Notes under the pieces: model-generated
The model's input: the letters and a program-made list of their open reading frames with translations, nothing else
Database searches by the model: none
Told to the model about the DNA's origin: nothing
Part shown: positions 43,517-53,912 of the stretch, piece by piece
How positions within the stretch are numbered: position 1 is the stretch's first letter
Layout of the letters: each line of letters starts with the position of its first letter
Translations under genes and position numbers: made by a program
Source of the DNA: a virus
IMG/VR virus record: IMGVR_UViG_3300050821_016964
Location: 5,794 to 69,793 of that record
DNA: 64,000 nucleotides
Reading direction: 5' to 3' (one strand)

Positions 43517-43935
43517 GTGAACTACGAAGGATTTTCTGTCCCGTTGGATGAGGCGAAAAAGTTCGAGATCCGCCTATGGGGTTACGAGTTCAAGCCGTCC
43601 CCGGACATCACGGCTTACGAACTTGCGTTGTTGATCCCGTTTCTGTCTCGCGGTATGTGGGCTACGGAAGCGGAATTGCTGCAATTACCACCCGAGTGCC
43701 AACGGCACGTTGTCGGTCAGTGGAGTTGATGACATGGCTGCTGGAGGCCCAAGTGATGAATGAGGCATTTGTTGCTCTTGTCGCCCATATGAGGGCGATT
43801 CAGCAGGAGTGGTTCAAGACAAAGCCCGAGAACCGGCCTCCCGATTTGCTCCGTCAGTGCAAGGAGGTGGAGGGACGTGTCGACAAGGCTATCGAGCGGT
43901 TTTTGAACAAGCAACAGAGTCTTTTCGAGGAGTGA
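43517..43935 (+). CDS. two small hypothetical ORFs (43517-43729, about 43729-43935)
   Basis: ORF track, coupled. Confidence 0.45.
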
Positions 43936-43937
43936 CC

Positions 43938-44855
43938 ATGAATCCACTCCACGCCGAAACATGGGCTCGGTTCTATTACGAGTGTGGCCTGAACCCCCTG
44001 CCGTCACGGACGGACCGCAAGGGTCCTCTCGTCGACGACTATGCCCGCTACCGGGACGTCGAGCCAATCCCCAGAGAGTGGCTGGGGAGGAACTGGTGGC
44101 GGAACATCCAGATCCCCTGTGGCGTGCCCTGGCGTCTGCTCGTCGTGGACGTCGACGGGCCGCGAGCGCTTCAGCAGTGGTGCCGGTGGCATCTCCTCGG
44201 GCGGGAGTGGCCCGAGACGTGGACGGTGCGGACAAAGGGGGGCCGGCACTACTACTACCGGATTCCCGAGGGGGTCGCGACATGTCCCACCCGCAAGATC
44301 TGGCTGGAAACGAAGGACCACCGCGTGGTCAAACATTCCGAGATCCAGATCCTGGCCGACAAGGCGCTCGTGATCGCCCCCCCCTCCCGGCATGTCGACC
44401 CGCCCCACCCGGTGTACGCGTTCCTCTCCGGCCGGGCGCCCTGCGATGGACCGATGGCGACGGCCCCCATGTGGCTCGTTAACTGCAAGGAGTTCAAGGT
44501 GTTAGGGAGACCGAAGAGAGTTCCCTTCCGACGCCGCGCTGCCGTCACGATGAACCAGCGGGAGTGGGAGTCGATCGAGGCGATCCCCGAGGCGATGAAG
44601 ATGGCGATGGCCCAGTCGTGGGGCCTGCGGTTCGCCTCACTCCATCCCAACTCGAAGGGCTGGGTCTCCTGCCACGCGATCGACCGGGAGGACCGGAACC
44701 CCTCGGCCAGCCTGCACCTGCCCTCAGGCGTGTTCTGGCAGTCGGGCCAGCGGGCCATGTCCTTCCCCGGCCTGGCGGTCGCCCTGGGTGCGGCCAGGGA
44801 CATGGTGGAAGCGTACGCACTGTGTGGGATCTTGCACGCGGAGGCTTCGAAGTGA
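43938..44855 (+). CDS. bifunctional primase-polymerase (Prim-Pol, AEP)
   Basis: 'LLVVDVDG', 'TVRTKGGRHYYYR', 'VIAPPSRH'; C-terminal 'CHAIDREDRNPSAS'. Confidence 0.85.
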   Translation: MNPLHAETWARFYYECGLNPLPSRTDRKGPLVDDYARYRDVEPIPREWLGRNWWRNIQIPCGVPWRLLVVDVDGPRALQQWCRWHLLGREWPETWTVRTKGGRHYYYRIPEGVATCPTRKIWLETKDHRVVKHSEIQILADKALVIAPPSRHVDPPHPVYAFLSGRAPCDGPMATAPMWLVNCKEFKVLGRPKRVPFRRRAAVTMNQREWESIEAIPEAMKMAMAQSWGLRFASLHPNSKGWVSCHAIDREDRNPSASLHLPSGVFWQSGQRAMSFPGLAVALGAARDMVEAYALCGILHAEASK

Positions 44856-45544
44856 TCAACCTGGAAATCGATGAGATGCCGTCAAGAATTGCTTCCCTAC
44901 CGGTCGATCCGGTCCGGAAGATTCCCGTGCCCTGGTTCGTCGCCTGGATCGACGGCAAGCCGGAGTTCCGGGTGGCCGATGGAGAGAAACGCTCTCTGGC
45001 CGTCCGGGAGAAGCGGTGCTGGGTCTGCGGCGAGAAACTGGGCCGGATCATGACGTTCGTGATCGGACCGATGTGCGGGATCAACCGGACGTCAATGGAG
45101 CCACCGTCGCACTCGGACTGCGCTCTCTACTCCGTGCGTCACTGCCCGTTCCTCAGCCGGCCACAGATGGACCGCCGGGAGTCGGGCATGGACGCGCTGG
45201 TCGAACAGGGGGCGAGTTGCGATGGCGAGATGATCCGCAGGAATCCGGGTGTCTCTGCTCTCTGGAACACGCGGGATTACAAGATGTTCAACGACGGCAA
45301 GGGCGGCTATCTCCTCCGCGTCGGAGATCCGGAGTCCGTCTGGTGGTTCTGCGAGGGACGTCAGGCTACGTGCGAGGAAGTCGAGGCCTCGATTGTTTCG
45401 GGTATCCCCCTCCTGCTCAACATGGCTCGAAAGCAGATCGAGGAGGATGCTCAAGTTCGTCTTCAGCACGTGCTGGAGCTGATCAAGGGGCAGTACCGGG
45501 ATCTCAAGCCGTGGCTTCCCAAGCCGCTGGAGGCTGCCAAATGA
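44852..45544 (+). CDS. conserved Cys/His-rich phage protein
   Basis: 'PVPWFV..CWVCGE..FVIGPMC..EPPSH.DCA.YS..HCPFL'. Confidence 0.7.
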   Translation: MINLEIDEMPSRIASLPVDPVRKIPVPWFVAWIDGKPEFRVADGEKRSLAVREKRCWVCGEKLGRIMTFVIGPMCGINRTSMEPPSHSDCALYSVRHCPFLSRPQMDRRESGMDALVEQGASCDGEMIRRNPGVSALWNTRDYKMFNDGKGGYLLRVGDPESVWWFCEGRQATCEEVEASIVSGIPLLLNMARKQIEEDAQVRLQHVLELIKGQYRDLKPWLPKPLEAAK

Positions 45545-45759
45545 GCCGAACGTGTTCCTGGCCCGATTGCCCACAGCAAGTTCCGATCGCAATGCTCATG
45601 TGCAAAACACACTGGTTCCGACTTCCCCCTTCGATCCGCTCAGCGATCTGGGCAGCGTATCGCCCAGGCCAGGAGGAGGATGGCGAGGTCAGTGACGCCT
45701 ACTGGAAGGCGTTCAAGGCGGCACAGGACTGGATCGCCACCGTGGAGGCTTCGAGATGA
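45541..45759 (+). CDS. small Zn-binding phage protein
   Basis: 'TCSWPDC..MCKTHWFRLP..IWAAYRPGQ'. Confidence 0.7.
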   Translation: MSRTCSWPDCPQQVPIAMLMCKTHWFRLPPSIRSAIWAAYRPGQEEDGEVSDAYWKAFKAAQDWIATVEASR

Positions 45760-45925
45760 CGATGCTCGACACCTATTGCATCTGCGTCTGGGATGTCGAT
45801 ACGGGACGGTGGGAAGAGCGTTCGAGCGGCGTTACCCGGGCGCAGCTCCGCGATGAGATCCGTGAACTGCGTCGAGAGGGGTGGACGTCAGTCAGTGTTC
45901 TCATTGAGAGGGAGTACTCTCTGTT

Positions 45926-46231
45926 ATGACCATCGAAGATGAACTCGCCGAGTCCAAGCAGGCTGTCACGGAACTGTCCGAGATCCTAGTCCGGACGGCA
46001 ATCACCGCAGAGACGGCGATCCGGGTGCTGATGTCGCTTGCCAAGCGGACGGGCGTGCCGGAGCCGAACCTCGTGAAGGCGATGTGCGAGACGGATGCCC
46101 GGGTCGCGGCCGATCTGAAGGCTGGCCGGTTCAGTGCGCTGAAGTTTGGCGAAAAACAGATGCTGGAACGAGCGTCCCTCAGTCTTCCCACGAATGGCGA
46201 GGCGAACGATGAGCCTGATCCCCTGCGATAA
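45926..46231 (+). CDS. hypothetical protein
   Basis: ORF track, GGAG RBS. Confidence 0.5.
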   Translation: MTIEDELAESKQAVTELSEILVRTAITAETAIRVLMSLAKRTGVPEPNLVKAMCETDARVAADLKAGRFSALKFGEKQMLERASLSLPTNGEANDEPDPLR

Positions 46232-47228
46232 GATCGACGTCACCCGCCGGAGGGAGGAGCCGGAAGGGCTGATGGCCCGACTGATGGAGTCGTTCCGTGT
46301 CCATGGGCAGTTGGCGGTTGTCACCGTGATCAAGCATCCGACAGTGCCGGGCCGGTACCTGATGCTGGCGGGCCGGCGGCGGCTGGCGGCGGCGCTGCGG
46401 CTCAACTGGCGGCACATCGAGGCCCGGATCGTCACCGGCAACGAGATCCGGAACGAGATGGTGACGATCACCGAGAACGTCGACCGGCTGGAGCTGACGA
46501 CGGTGGAGCGGGACCTCGCCATCACCCGCTACGCCGAGCTCGTCCGCCAGCTCCAGGCCCAGGAGGCGACCCAGGACCCGCGGACTTGCGCAGGTCCTGC
46601 GCAAACCAAAAGTGAACGAACCGCACGAAACGCGACTTCCCGGCGTCCCAACGAGCCTACGGTAGTCAAGCAGGTGGCCGAGACATTCCGCGTATCACCC
46701 AGAACGGCCCAGGCTGTCCTCAGGCGGGGCGACGCGCTCTCGGAGGAGGATCGGCGGATGCTGGACGTCCGGGGCGTGCGGGACGGGCGCCTGGACCGCC
46801 TGATAGCCATTCCCAACCACGAGCAACGGGCGCTCGTGATCGAGTCGATCGGTGAGGGGGTCGCGTACACGGACGCGATGGCGGGGATCCTGGGGCAGGA
46901 GTTTGTCCGGGGGGAGGACGACCTCTCCCCGGTGGAGTGGCTGGCCACGCTCCCTCTGACCACGAAGCCGGTGAACCAGCAACGGTTCCGGTCGGACGCG
47001 CTGCTCTACCGGAAAGTCCAGAAGGCCAAGATCACCCTGGCCGAGGGGATCAACTGGGGGGATCTGAAGACCCAGCACGACGCCCAGGGGATCTTCTTCC
47101 GGCGCCTCCTGTTCCTCCTGGAGTGCCCCCATCCCCGGGAGTGGATCGTCTGCGGCGGGTGCAAGGCGGGAATTCAGGAGGGCCGGGACCATCTGGCCTG
47201 TCGCGGCGGTGGGTTTCTACTGAGCTGA
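46209..47228 (+). CDS. ParB/Spo0J-like protein
   Basis: 'LMESFRVHGQL.VVTV...YLMLAGRRRLAA...ITENVDRLELT', HTH 'KQVAETFRVSPRTAQ'. Confidence 0.85.
   Translation: MSLIPCDKIDVTRRREEPEGLMARLMESFRVHGQLAVVTVIKHPTVPGRYLMLAGRRRLAAALRLNWRHIEARIVTGNEIRNEMVTITENVDRLELTTVERDLAITRYAELVRQLQAQEATQDPRTCAGPAQTKSERTARNATSRRPNEPTVVKQVAETFRVSPRTAQAVLRRGDALSEEDRRMLDVRGVRDGRLDRLIAIPNHEQRALVIESIGEGVAYTDAMAGILGQEFVRGEDDLSPVEWLATLPLTTKPVNQQRFRSDALLYRKVQKAKITLAEGINWGDLKTQHDAQGIFFRRLLFLLECPHPREWIVCGGCKAGIQEGRDHLACRGGGFLLS
46586..46604. repeat. parS-like palindrome copy 4 (TTGCGCAGGTCCTGCGCAA), inside parB
   Basis: Perfect palindrome encoding TCAGPAQ. Confidence 0.85.
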
Positions 47229-47238
47229 AGGAGAAGCG

Positions 47239-48373
47239 ATGTCACGGAGAACGAGTATCACCTTCCGGGGAGAACCTGATGTCGAAGTCGAGTTCGAAGT
47301 CGAAGACGATCCTGAGACCAACGGATGCTGCGTCCTCTGGAACTTTGCCGACGAACACATGCGCGATGTCGAAGCGACGGCGGAGGAGGACACGGCGATC
47401 TGCGAACAACTCGCCGCCATCGAGTACGACTACTGTGACGACTCGGCCGGCTTACCTGGAACGCCTTGAGGAGCTCGTGAACTCATGATGAACGACCCCG
47501 ACTTTCGCCAGTGCATCCAGGAGGTCTCGCATCGCTACGATACGCCGCCGGTACTCACCAACGTTCTCGTGGAGGCGGTACGCCGGGTTGCCGGCTATGG
47601 CTACCAGAGGCCCGGTGGCGACCCGATGCTCGACGTGCTGGACGTCATCCGGGAGATCATCCCGAGCCCGTCGATCCAGGATGTCCGGGTGGCCACCTGG
47701 CTGATCGGGAATAACTACGAGGCCAAGGACATCGGCTACATCTGCGCCTACTGCCGGATGTCCAAGGACGTCTCGGGCTGTAACGCCGTGTGCATCTCGC
47801 ACCGGGAAGCTCTGGCTGAACTTTTGGAGGCATCATGAAGTACATCGACTCGGAGTTCGAGGACTATCTCAAGGCTTTCTACCCCGAGGGAACCATTCCC
47901 GAGCAGCGGCAGCAGGTCCGCCAGGCATTCGTGTGCGGCATCTGGTGGCTCCTGAACGAGCTGCGTCGGAACAAGGCGATCGCCATGGAGCACGAGTTTG
48001 TGGTTCAGATGCAATCCGAGTGTTATGAGATTAAAGACGAGATCGTAGGGAGGTTCAACTGATGACCGCGCTGGAGTTTGCGATCGCGAAGATGGACCCC
48101 GAGATCAAGGCTGGATTCCTGATGTGGCTTGCCGAGAAACCCCAGCATGTCCAGGAACTGGCGAACCAGTTCCCGCCCCGGATGCAGATCATAATCAACG
48201 GCGTCGCGCACTGGATCATCGGCTACACCGAAACCGATGATCCCACCCACGCCCACCTGCTGGTGGCCGACGTCAACCCGGTGACTCCCGATAGCCATAA
48301 GCTTGCCCTGGAAAGGCTTGTGTCGGTCTGCCCGGAGAGACTGACGGTCTACACTAACCCGGAGCTGAACTGA
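47239..48373 (+). CDS. four small hypothetical ORFs (47239-47469, 47485-47838, 47835-48062, 48062-48373)
   Basis: RBSs and coupled start/stop codons. Confidence 0.55.
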
Positions 48374-48374
48374 C

Positions 48375-49916
48375 GTGCTTACTCCCCACGACTACCAGAC
48401 GGAAGCCATTGGCAAGGGACTGGCCGAACTGGACCGGGCCGAGGCCGCGCTCATCGTCATGCCTACCGGGACGGGCAAGTCGATGGTGGGGGGGGGCGTG
48501 CTCCACGAGGTGGTCCGCCGCGGGGGACGCGGGATGGTGCTCGTGCACCGGAAGGAATTCATCTCCCAGTGGGGGAATGCCCTCGACGCCTGGGGGATCA
48601 ACTGGGGTGTCGAGCAGGCGGAGCAGAAGTGCCACCGGGACACGCTTCACGGACGGGTGGACGTCGTGATTGGCTCCAAGGACACGCTCCGGGGCGCCCG
48701 GCTCGACAGGTGGCACAAGGACACGTTCAGCGTCATTGTCTCCGATGAGGCGCACCGGGGGGTGGCCCGCTCGTGGACGAACATCTTCGGCCACTTCGGA
48801 TCGGCCCGGCGGCTGGGGCTGACGGCAACCCCCGAGCGCACGGACGAGGAGACGATCCAGGGCGTCTTCGGCAACGTGGCGTACGAACTCCCCTTCTGGG
48901 AGGCGGTCGACAAGGGGTATATCGCCGCCCCGCTCTTCATCCGGCCGACGACACACATCGACCTGTCCGCCCTGAAGGACTCGGGAGGCGACCTGAACCA
49001 GGGGGATCTGGAGGACGCGATCAGCAAGCACATCGAAGAGCTCGTGAACCTGGCGCTGCCTCACCTTGACGGCCGGCCGATCCTGACCTTCACCCCCCGG
49101 GTCCACTCGGCGACGGCGATGGCGGCCGGCTTTAGAACCCATCCCCGGGGGTTCCCCTCGGCCAGCGTGTCGGGCAAGAGCCAGGACCGGGACCTGGTGA
49201 TCCAGCAGTTCCGGGAGGGGCAGTTCCGCAACCTGTGCTCGTGCGACCTCCTGCGGGAGGGAACCGACTTTCCCGACGTGGGCAACCTGGCGATCGCCAG
49301 GCCGACGAAGAGCGGCCTCGTGTACCGGCAGATGCTGGGGCGGGGCCTGCGGAAGAAACCCGACAACTTCTGCATCGTCGTCGATTACTCGGTCAAGAAC
49401 GGCAAGCACGACATCTTCGAGCCGATCAACCTGTTCGACGCGACCGGGATGGACCTGGATGTGCTGGCAATCGCCGGCAAGTTCGTGAACGAGGGGAAGC
49501 ACAAGGACCCGCGGGACGCGCTGAAGGAAGCCGAGAGAGTCCACCGGCAGGAGGTGGCTCTGCGGGTGCAGGCACGCGAGCGCACGCCCAGTTACAAGAT
49601 GCTGGCCTACGACCCGTTCCAGATCGGGAGCTTGCTCGGTATCCCCAACCGGCAACGGGAGGGGCAGAAGCCCTGCTCGGCGCGCTCACGGGATGTTCTG
49701 GAGCGATACAAGCTCGATCCTACGGGGATCTCCAACACCCAGGCCCAGAAGCTGATCGCCGAACTGGACCGCCGGCAGGCCGAGCACCTGGCCACGCACC
49801 GGCAGCTTGCCCTGCTGGTCTCCAAAGAAGTTCCCGTGGAGTTTGCGCGAGAGATGACCTTTGAGGCCGCGCACGAGGATCTGGACATCATCATCGGAGG
49901 GAGAAAGAGGGCATGA
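48375..49916 (+). CDS. SF2 DEAH helicase
   Basis: MPTGTGKS, SDEAH, GLTATPER, QMLGRGLR. Confidence 0.92.
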   Translation: MLTPHDYQTEAIGKGLAELDRAEAALIVMPTGTGKSMVGGGVLHEVVRRGGRGMVLVHRKEFISQWGNALDAWGINWGVEQAEQKCHRDTLHGRVDVVIGSKDTLRGARLDRWHKDTFSVIVSDEAHRGVARSWTNIFGHFGSARRLGLTATPERTDEETIQGVFGNVAYELPFWEAVDKGYIAAPLFIRPTTHIDLSALKDSGGDLNQGDLEDAISKHIEELVNLALPHLDGRPILTFTPRVHSATAMAAGFRTHPRGFPSASVSGKSQDRDLVIQQFREGQFRNLCSCDLLREGTDFPDVGNLAIARPTKSGLVYRQMLGRGLRKKPDNFCIVVDYSVKNGKHDIFEPINLFDATGMDLDVLAIAGKFVNEGKHKDPRDALKEAERVHRQEVALRVQARERTPSYKMLAYDPFQIGSLLGIPNRQREGQKPCSARSRDVLERYKLDPTGISNTQAQKLIAELDRRQAEHLATHRQLALLVSKEVPVEFAREMTFEAAHEDLDIIIGGRKRA

Positions 49917-50191
49917 TCTTGATCTTCGAGCAGGATACGCGGAAACACGACAACGGCCGTTTCACGTTATGGCCAGCGCTATTCCGTGGCTGGTGGAGGA
50001 ACCGTAGGAATTGGCGAATCGCCTGGGGACTCTGGTCGATCTCCTACTACCCCGAGCCTGGGCTTCGCAGCTTCTTCGATTGGGTTGAGGACGGGAAAAC
50101 GACATGGGTTGGCGGAGATGCCAGGAATTCTCATGAATAACACACGCACGAGGATCCGGACATCATCATCGGGGGGAGAAAGAGGGCATGA
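49870..50191 (+). repeat. 47-bp direct repeat (49870-49916, 50145-50191) flanking ORF 49913..50140
   Basis: CGCACGAGGATCYGGACATCATCATCGGRGGGAGAAAGAGGGCATGA, 2 mismatches. Confidence 0.9.
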
Positions 50192-50714
50192 CACGCTGCG
50201 ACTACTGTGGACGACGTTTCGATCGGCCTGGGTTTTATCCGGACTGCGAAAAAGCGCATCCCGCGCCTGACCTCGCCCAGGCAATTGCCGAACTGATTGA
50301 GATGGATCTGGCAAACCGTCGTGGCTGTGGCATCAGCGGTATCGATCCGGACATCCAGGACGAGATCCGCGATACCTGGGCTGAACTCGTCCGCCAGGAA
50401 CTGGAGAAACGGGCATGAAAGAGTACGCCGACTACATCCGAACCATCGTGGCATGGGTGCTCCTTCAGGACGACATCGCCGAGTTCGCGGTCCGGTTTCA
50501 TCCGGTGCGATTCGGGACGCCAGCGATCCAAGTGATCCTTCGTTTCCCCACGGCCATATCTCAGGAATGTAGCGTGTCTTATGTATGGAGTATCCTGCAG
50601 CTTGAGCATGCGGGAGAGGTTGACGCCGTCATGGTACGTACGCTCGAAACCCTGGCGGACGAAGCACGGACGCACCGGCCCAAGAGCAACTTCAAGGCGA
50701 GCCCTTTCTCATGA
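49913..50714 (+). CDS. three small hypothetical ORFs (49913-50140 Trp-rich, 50188-50418, 50415-50714)
   Basis: ORF track, coupled. Confidence 0.55.
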
Positions 50715-50998
50715 GCACCGCGCGCACGCAGCCAAAGCTGAACGGTGTCTATCTGCGCGTGGGCGAGATCGCGGGTATGCTGGGCGTGAACGTCAAGACG
50801 GTCCGCAGGTGGATCGATACAGGACGACTGGAAGGACACAGGATGCCCGAGAATGTGAACCAACAGCAGGAGCGGAGGGTGCACCACGAGGTGCTGCGGG
50901 ACTTCCTGGTCAAGGCCGGCTACAAGCGCACCGTGCGCGATCTGGACGACAAGGTGAAGCGGGAGAAGGCAGCACCGGTCAAGGAGGTGACGTCGTGA
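50711..50998 (+). CDS. excisionase/MerR-like HTH DNA-binding protein
   Basis: 'YLRVGEIAGMLGVNVKTVRRWIDTGRLEGHRMP...RRV'. Confidence 0.8.
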   Translation: MSTARTQPKLNGVYLRVGEIAGMLGVNVKTVRRWIDTGRLEGHRMPENVNQQQERRVHHEVLRDFLVKAGYKRTVRDLDDKVKREKAAPVKEVTS

Positions 50999-51298
50999 TC
51001 CTGCTCCTGATCCTCGGCGCCTGGTTCCTCGTGGCGCTCGTCGCCGGGCCGCTGGTCGGCCGATTTATGTGGGTGGGAGGCGATCGGCGATGAAGATCAA
51101 AGAGGTGATCGAACGGGAGTGCTGCGACGAGCGAAAGCATGATCTCAAGCCTTATGGGGGAACCGTTGAAAGAGTTGCAATGAGCGCGACCTATTACTTC
51201 TGCATCCACTGTGGGCAGATTTGGGTCGATGGAACCCGGAGAGATGGTGCGGGAGGAACCGAGATCTACCTCCGTAAAGTGGCTATCAGGGACACCGT

Positions 51299-51508
51299 AT
51301 GACACCTGCCCTCTACTTCGCCGTTGCCGACGTGATCTTCGTCCTCGTGGTCGACGCCCTGTTCCTCTTCCTGCCCCACCTGTTCAGGGGCGGTACCATC
51401 AGCGAGGGGATCCGCCGGCTCGCGGCCGGGATGCCGTGGGTGTGGCGGATCGGATACATCGTGCTGGCGGTGGTTCTATTCGTACACTTGTTTTTGGTGA
51501 AACCATGA
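51299..51508 (+). CDS. small membrane protein
   Basis: Two hydrophobic segments around 'GGTISEGIR'. Confidence 0.55.
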   Translation: MTPALYFAVADVIFVLVVDALFLFLPHLFRGGTISEGIRRLAAGMPWVWRIGYIVLAVVLFVHLFLVKP

Positions 51509-52035
51509 AGGGACTGACGGAGGAATGGCTCCGCGCCAACCGCCGGGGAATCTCCGATGAGGACTTGGAGAAGGCCCTGGACCAGGGCAAAGCAGAATAT
51601 CTCTCGTTTTCGTATCTCGGCCGCTTCTTTGGATTTGATGTGACCTTCGAGCCTATTATCCGCCGGGATGTCCGGATCTGGATTCCCATCCTGGGCTGGC
51701 GCCCCGCTGCCGTGAACGAGTTCAAGAGCGTGAAGGCCAAGATCCATCTGAAGCAGCGCGATCGGGCCATCGTGTGCGAGGCAGCACGCCTCTCGGGACT
51801 GCCCAAGGCCACGGGCAAACGCCAGCTCTCGATCTTCCTGCGCGTGCCCAAGGGACAGCGGCGGTGGGACGAGGACGCCTTCTGGAAATCGACGCAGGAT
51901 GCCTGCGTGCACGCGGGCCTGCTCGTCAATGACTCACCGGTCTGGATGAGGTTAGGAACGATGAAGTACGATCCGGAACGGGGACCGCTACGAACCACGC
52001 TCATTCTAGAGGATCTGCCCAGTGGCACGCCGTGA
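51505..52035 (+). CDS. RusA-like Holliday junction resolvase
   Basis: 'RRWDEDAFWKSTQDACVHAGLLVNDS' resembles RusA catalytic motifs. Confidence 0.6.
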   Translation: MKGLTEEWLRANRRGISDEDLEKALDQGKAEYLSFSYLGRFFGFDVTFEPIIRRDVRIWIPILGWRPAAVNEFKSVKAKIHLKQRDRAIVCEAARLSGLPKATGKRQLSIFLRVPKGQRRWDEDAFWKSTQDACVHAGLLVNDSPVWMRLGTMKYDPERGPLRTTLILEDLPSGTP

Positions 52036-52498
52036 GAGCAACCCGAACTTCCGGCCCTTTGGCTCCGCGGGGTTCACCCTGGCCGGGATGACGGCGAAGG
52101 AGCAGGCGGAACTAGGCCCGCACGAGCGCATCCAGGCGGTGTGGCCGCTGCTCTTAAAGCTCTGCTCGGGGCATGTCCAGCGGCTGGAGAAGCTCGGAAT
52201 ACGCGTCGTGATGGACGACCTGCTCCAGGAGATCGCCGCCACGCTCCTGGAGCGGGACGACAAGTGGGACTGGCAGAAGGGGAGGTATACGACGTTTGTG
52301 AACATCGTCTGGCGGAACGTCCGTCAGAGGCTCGACGAGACCCGGGGTGTCGTCCCGGCCCCCCACAACGCGTGGGCGACCATGCAGAAGCTCCGGAAGG
52401 CCCAGGAGGCTGGCGGTTTGAGTGGAGCGAAGCAGAAGACCTTGCGTAGCCTGGAGATCGTGCATCACGACCAGATGGCCCTGAAGGAGCCGCGATGA
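52022..52498 (+). CDS. sigma-factor region 2-like protein
   Basis: 'DDLLQEI...KWDWQKGRYTTFV..VWRN'. Confidence 0.65.
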   Translation: MARRESNPNFRPFGSAGFTLAGMTAKEQAELGPHERIQAVWPLLLKLCSGHVQRLEKLGIRVVMDDLLQEIAATLLERDDKWDWQKGRYTTFVNIVWRNVRQRLDETRGVVPAPHNAWATMQKLRKAQEAGGLSGAKQKTLRSLEIVHHDQMALKEPR

Positions 52499-52989
52499 AC
52501 CTTTACCAAGTCCCGAAAGCATACGAAGCCTGGCTGGCCGCCGTCGAGGAGGCCGAGGGGGAGCTCTCGCCCGAACTGGAGGAGATGCTCGAAGAGATCG
52601 AGGGCACGATCCTGGACAAGGCCGACGGGGTCTGCGCCCTGATCCGCAACGCCACCGCCGAGGCGGAGATGTGCCGGGTTGAGAGCGCCAGATTCGCGAC
52701 ACGAGGACGTCAGGCAGCAAATCAGGCTGACCGCCTCAAGGCCCTGCTGATGCGGGCGATGGTGGCCTATGGTGTCGACCGGGTCGACGCCCAGCGGTTC
52801 AAGGTGGCGATCCGGAAAGCCTCTACGCCGTCGATCCGCTGGAAGTACCCCCTTGAAGATCTGCCCGGATGGGCCAAGCGGTACAAGCTCGAACTGGACG
52901 GCACCAAAGCTCAGCAGGAGTACAAGCAGTCCGGCTCGCTTCCGGATGGGTTCACCGTCGACTATTCCGAATACCTGGCCATCGAGTAG
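52495..52989 (+). CDS. Siphovirus Gp157-family protein
   Basis: 'MNLYQV...LEEIEG.ILDKADG...RLKALL...FKVAIRKAS.PS'. Confidence 0.8.
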   Translation: MNLYQVPKAYEAWLAAVEEAEGELSPELEEMLEEIEGTILDKADGVCALIRNATAEAEMCRVESARFATRGRQAANQADRLKALLMRAMVAYGVDRVDAQRFKVAIRKASTPSIRWKYPLEDLPGWAKRYKLELDGTKAQQEYKQSGSLPDGFTVDYSEYLAIE

Positions 52990-52998
52990 GAGATCGAG

Positions 52999-53502
52999 AT
53001 GGACGTTTCACGCCGAGGGTTCCTGGGCTCGCTCCTGGGTACCTACATTGCCACGCAAGCTCCTTGGATCGCCCGGGCGCCAAACTTCTTCGAGCCGTCC
53101 GACACGACGTCCCTCTATCGGTTGCTCCTCATCCTGGCCGATGGTACCGAGATCAAGGGGCCGGCGATCAAGGACGTCGCCAATGATGTCCTTACCTACA
53201 CGTACAGCTTTATCGCAGAGCCCATCGAGGTGAAGCGTCCATTTGCTGCGATCGGTACCGTCTTGGTGGGGCCGACGGGAGAACCGCTCTGTCGTGGTAA
53301 CTGGCCGTCATTGCAAGCGGTTTTCCCAGGCGACACTCTAAGGGCCACCCATCATGTTCCGCATACCCTCATTGCTGAGGGATTTCTTCACGGTCCCAGG
53401 CCACAGGGTCGGCGACCGTTGAGCGGTTTCGCCGATGGGGATAGCATCATCGTCGTCCGGGAACCGATCAAGCGACGGAAGATCATCATGCCCAAGTCAT
53501 AG
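52999..53502 (+). CDS. hypothetical protein with twin-arginine signal
   Basis: MDVSRRGFLGSLLG. Confidence 0.65.
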   Translation: MDVSRRGFLGSLLGTYIATQAPWIARAPNFFEPSDTTSLYRLLLILADGTEIKGPAIKDVANDVLTYTYSFIAEPIEVKRPFAAIGTVLVGPTGEPLCRGNWPSLQAVFPGDTLRATHHVPHTLIAEGFLHGPRPQGRRPLSGFADGDSIIVVREPIKRRKIIMPKS

Positions 53503-53531
53503 GACCGATTCCAGATGCCTGCATTCACTCA

Positions 53532-53912
53532 TTGGCCCCGCAAGGACACTCGTTCTCGCGGGGCCAATATCGTAGAGTGAGATGGTCGATGCAGATCGTT
53601 AACCCGATGGAGAGCGCGATGCTCAGCGAGGCCGTACAGCTCGAGATTGCCCGCCAGATGCCCATCATCCTCAGCGTGCTCGTCACGGGGATCATGACCT
53701 GGCGCAAGCTCACCAACTTGACCCATCAGATGAACTCCGGGCTCGAAGCCCTGGAGAAAAACCGTCTCGCGGCCAGCGATCGGCTGATCCGCGAGACGGT
53801 CAAGAGCGAGGGCTTCGAGGCGGCCGAGATCATCGATCGGTTGCGGCTGGAGATTTCCGAGCTTCGGGCTCGGCTTCAGACTCGTTCCGAGGCTCCTCCT
53901 CCGCCGGTTTAG
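53532..53912 (+). CDS. single-TM coiled-coil protein (start likely internal)
   Basis: MPIILSVLVTGIMTW followed by coiled coil. Confidence 0.5.
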   Translation: MAPQGHSFSRGQYRRVRWSMQIVNPMESAMLSEAVQLEIARQMPIILSVLVTGIMTWRKLTNLTHQMNSGLEALEKNRLAASDRLIRETVKSEGFEAAEIIDRLRLEISELRARLQTRSEAPPPPV

